Below, piece after piece: positions 61,089 to 64,000 of a stretch of 64,000 bases of DNA. The notes under the pieces are model-generated. The model was given only the letters and a program-made list of their open reading frames with translations, ran no database searches and was not told where the DNA came from. Origin of the DNA: Selaginella moellendorffii (Eukaryota; Plantae; Lycopodiophyta). The stretch spans positions 3,278,880-3,342,879 of the forward strand of contig NW_003314261.1 of NCBI RefSeq assembly GCF_000143415.4, given 5' to 3'. How positions within the stretch are numbered: position 1 is the first letter of the stretch; each line of letters starts with the position of its first letter. Made by a program: the position numbers and the translations under genes.

Positions 61089-64000
61089 GGTTATTTCTCG
61101 GTGGCTTCTAGATACTGAGTTTCGAAACTGTGGTTCTCTAGGAAAAGTGCTGCCGGACAATAACACTTGTACTCCATACAACTTCGCTTCTCGGTTTGTA
61201 AGTTTTTCTCAGGCGAAGGCGTTTATTCGCTATCATATGGACCACTTCTTAGTACTTACCGGTAAATGAATTTAACTATCCTTCTGCCCTGTTGGCATAT
61301 TGTTTTCGGCACTCAGATCTGCTGTGGTATGACTTCCGTGTGCCTTCTGATGTTTGTTTTAAAGCTCTCAGGGGCTGCATAACCAGCATGGATTACTCTG
61401 GTCGGGAAAGCTCAGTTTCTTTCATTTCCTTTTTTTATTTTCTAAGGCGTGCTGAGAATTCGTGCAGGCAGGCAAGGAAAGAAAAGTCGAAAAGAAAAAC
61501 TCTCGTGAGAATCTCGTGTTACTTCAGACAAACAAGAGCATGGTGCTCCTGCAAGTTCTTTCAGCTTCACTGGTAAAGCAAGCTAGGTACTCATCAGTTA
61601 AATGCTTCAGAACTGATCACTTTCCTCACACAAGAGACAGGGAAGGCGATCAGTTCTCACAATCGGGCTGCTCCCAGGAAGAAAAAGAGAAAAACAAAAA
61701 CAAAAATAGCAAAACGAAAACGTTGATCCTTCGCAGAAGCGTAAACTGGCGAACGCTCCCCGTTGTAAGGTTTGCAAGAGCTTTTCGCTCCTCGCTCTCT
61801 AGCTCTCTACAGTAAATGGACAGCGAGGAAGATCAGTATCGCCAACAGGGTTTTGTGTCATTCTGGACGTACATCAGGATCACCGCTGTCTCGAGTCGCT
61901 GTCAACGAGACCTACCAATTGCTCGGCTCAATTCAGGGGGCTGATTGCGATGGAGCTCCGCATTTGTTAATTTGTGAAGACAATGCCAGGTAGTTTGCTC
62001 TGGCTCCTGCTGCTGCTGGTTTTAATTCGATTTTTTCTTCCTCTCTTTCACTCTCTTTGTTGCGCTTGCAGTACGATATCAGATTGGTGATCTGTGCCCG
62101 GCTAGATCTCCTCCCGAGGACCTGTGCTCGTCGCTCCGCTTTAGCTTTTCTTATAAGATTGTTCTCGGACACTGATCGTGAGGTTTACAGATAAAAAGCC
62201 ACCGGAGTCGAGAGATTCGCTACGAGAAAGCAAGCTGGTTTCCAGTACCCCTCTCTCAAGATCTCTTTTGGAAGGGACTGTGGAGATATAGCCGTCCATA
62301 TTCCCATGTTTCAAAGCTTTGGACGCTAGAAACACACACGACGGACAAACAAGCTGTGGCTTAAAAGGGTGGCCTTTTGCATTTTGTACCACCCTCAGAG
62401 TAATGGTGAACATGTGCTCGCTGGCTTTCTAAAGTTTTCTCAACACTGACTGGGTGATCGATCGCCCCTCCTTCACACTCCATCGAATTCTTATTTTCAT
62501 CATCTTCACCATCGGCTTTAGAACAATTCACAATGATTTTGCCTTGTGGGTCGAGGGAGCGAATCATGTTTTGTCTGCTTTATCGCAAAGTATTTTTGAT
62601 CTCCAGCAGCTGCAGTGTAAAAAGTAAAAACGAAAAACATGCGGGTGAAAAACTTGGATGGTGCACGCGTGTGCTGGAAACGAATCATCAGGACCATTCT
62701 CTGCTCTTGGTGTTTTCTTTGTATTGCTTCTTGGGCAGTCAGCCAGGCAGGACCAGCTGCTCCCAGCAATCATTTACTCCCAAAGCAGAGCCAAAGAGAA
62801 AATTTGCCAGGTATTGTTTCCTGGGTGATTTGGGAAACTTCAGAGGAGAATTAAGCACACACCAGGACTTCATGAACCAGGTCCCATTCTACAACCTTAC
62901 ACCAGCCAGCAGAAGCAGCTAGCAACTGCGAAACTGACCACTCAGCCCAGATGTTACTGCCATCCAGGAAAACAGAGAAAAAATATGAAAAAATTATGAG
63001 GAAGATGAAAAATTGCAGCTTTTCGAGGTGAATGGAGAATTGGCAGCTTTGCCCATAATTTTTTAATCCAATATCTCTGCCTGCTGTCTCTGCAAATTAG
63101 TTAGATCACTGTTGCATGCTGTGAAAATTTTGTCTGACCATTTTTCTTGGCTGTGGACTATGACCAGGCCACCTCCATCCCTCTTTATTCCTTGGACAGG
63201 ATTGAGCTAGCTATGCGGTGGGGCACCAAGCAAGCAATTGCACCATGAGGAGGGAGGAGCAAAAGATTTCCAGAGACAGGCCCAAATTGGCTGTCCAAGG
63301 AAAACAAATCTCAACACTCACAAACAAGGTCAACTGTTTTTTATTCACAAACACAACAATGGATGATCTCAAGTCTGGGCTCACACCACCACACCAGCAC
63401 ATTTGAATTGATTTGGTTTTGGGATCTTGTCCCTTTGTGTACTTTTTGTAGAGGATTATATAGTTTGAGAGAAAGCCTAGCTCTAGCTATGCATGTCTTT
63501 TCAGACAAATTACTTTGTTTTCCCTAGGGGATGTTTGGAAGCTACCATACCCAAAACATTAGCCTTGATTCAAGGCCAAGAAATGCAAAAACTAAGTGTA
63601 AACTTCTCACAACCATGTGGTTGCATATGCCTTGTTTTTAAGGAGAGGATGTAAAATTTTCATGTAAGATTCAATGCGTTTGTTTTGCATGGCTACAAGA
63701 AATTTTAATATGCTCTTTGAGAGTGATGGGATTCGATCCCCGGTCGGATCACAAACTAATTAAGTTCGTTACGGGTACTGGGAATCGAACCTCCGAGCTG
63801 TTCTCAACGGTCATCTGGTGGCGCCGACCGCCGGTCTGAAGATCCGGTCGGCAAGATTACCCACCGGTCAGCGGCGGCGGGGTTGCCACGCGGGAGAGGT
63901 GAAAGGTAAAAAAGAAAAAAAGCAAACCAAAGCAAAGCGAGGAAAGCAAAGCGTGCCCTGGCTTGCTCTAGCACGGGGAGGAAAGCAAACGGGCATATTT

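Noticed and set aside
61300-63500. Short ORFs that might form a gene
   Set aside because: No recognisable domain and no consistent exon chain could be built.
63720-63860. tRNA gene
   Set aside because: Only T-arm-like motifs; stems do not pair into a cloverleaf.

Overview
Eukaryotic land-plant nuclear DNA. Very small (~50 nt) GT-AG introns, near-zero intergenic spacing and S/SS-rich PLS PPR genes point to a lycophyte, most likely Selaginella (inference). The window has three zones. (1) 1-23.9 kb is gene dense: THADA 3' end, COR413-PM, PLS-E PPR, GET3d/ArsA-like ATPase, two tandem plastid methyltransferases, a UCP022280-like gene, HD-Zip II, PUM24/Puf6, a VCCN/bestrophin pseudogene, a HAD nucleotidase and an AIG2/GGCT-like gene. 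(2) ~23.95-57.29 kb is a gene-free retrotransposon island with nested Ty3/Gypsy elements (TSDs resolvable), a TRIM and a decayed Copia. (3) 57.3-64 kb holds a second PPR gene, arabinose-5-phosphate isomerase and unassigned sequence. The main observation is a young, structurally complete chromodomain Gypsy element (36578-44115, minus strand, CATCG TSD, LTRs ~98.6% identical by manual count). Its integrase is interrupted by two host-sized GT-AG intron-like inserts (47 and 52 nt). Removing them exactly restores the conserved motifs HPQT/DGQTER and KLTQ/RFAGPY, which suggests splicing-dependent integrase expression in an element that must copy unspliced RNA. All calls come from reading the sequence; no searches were run.
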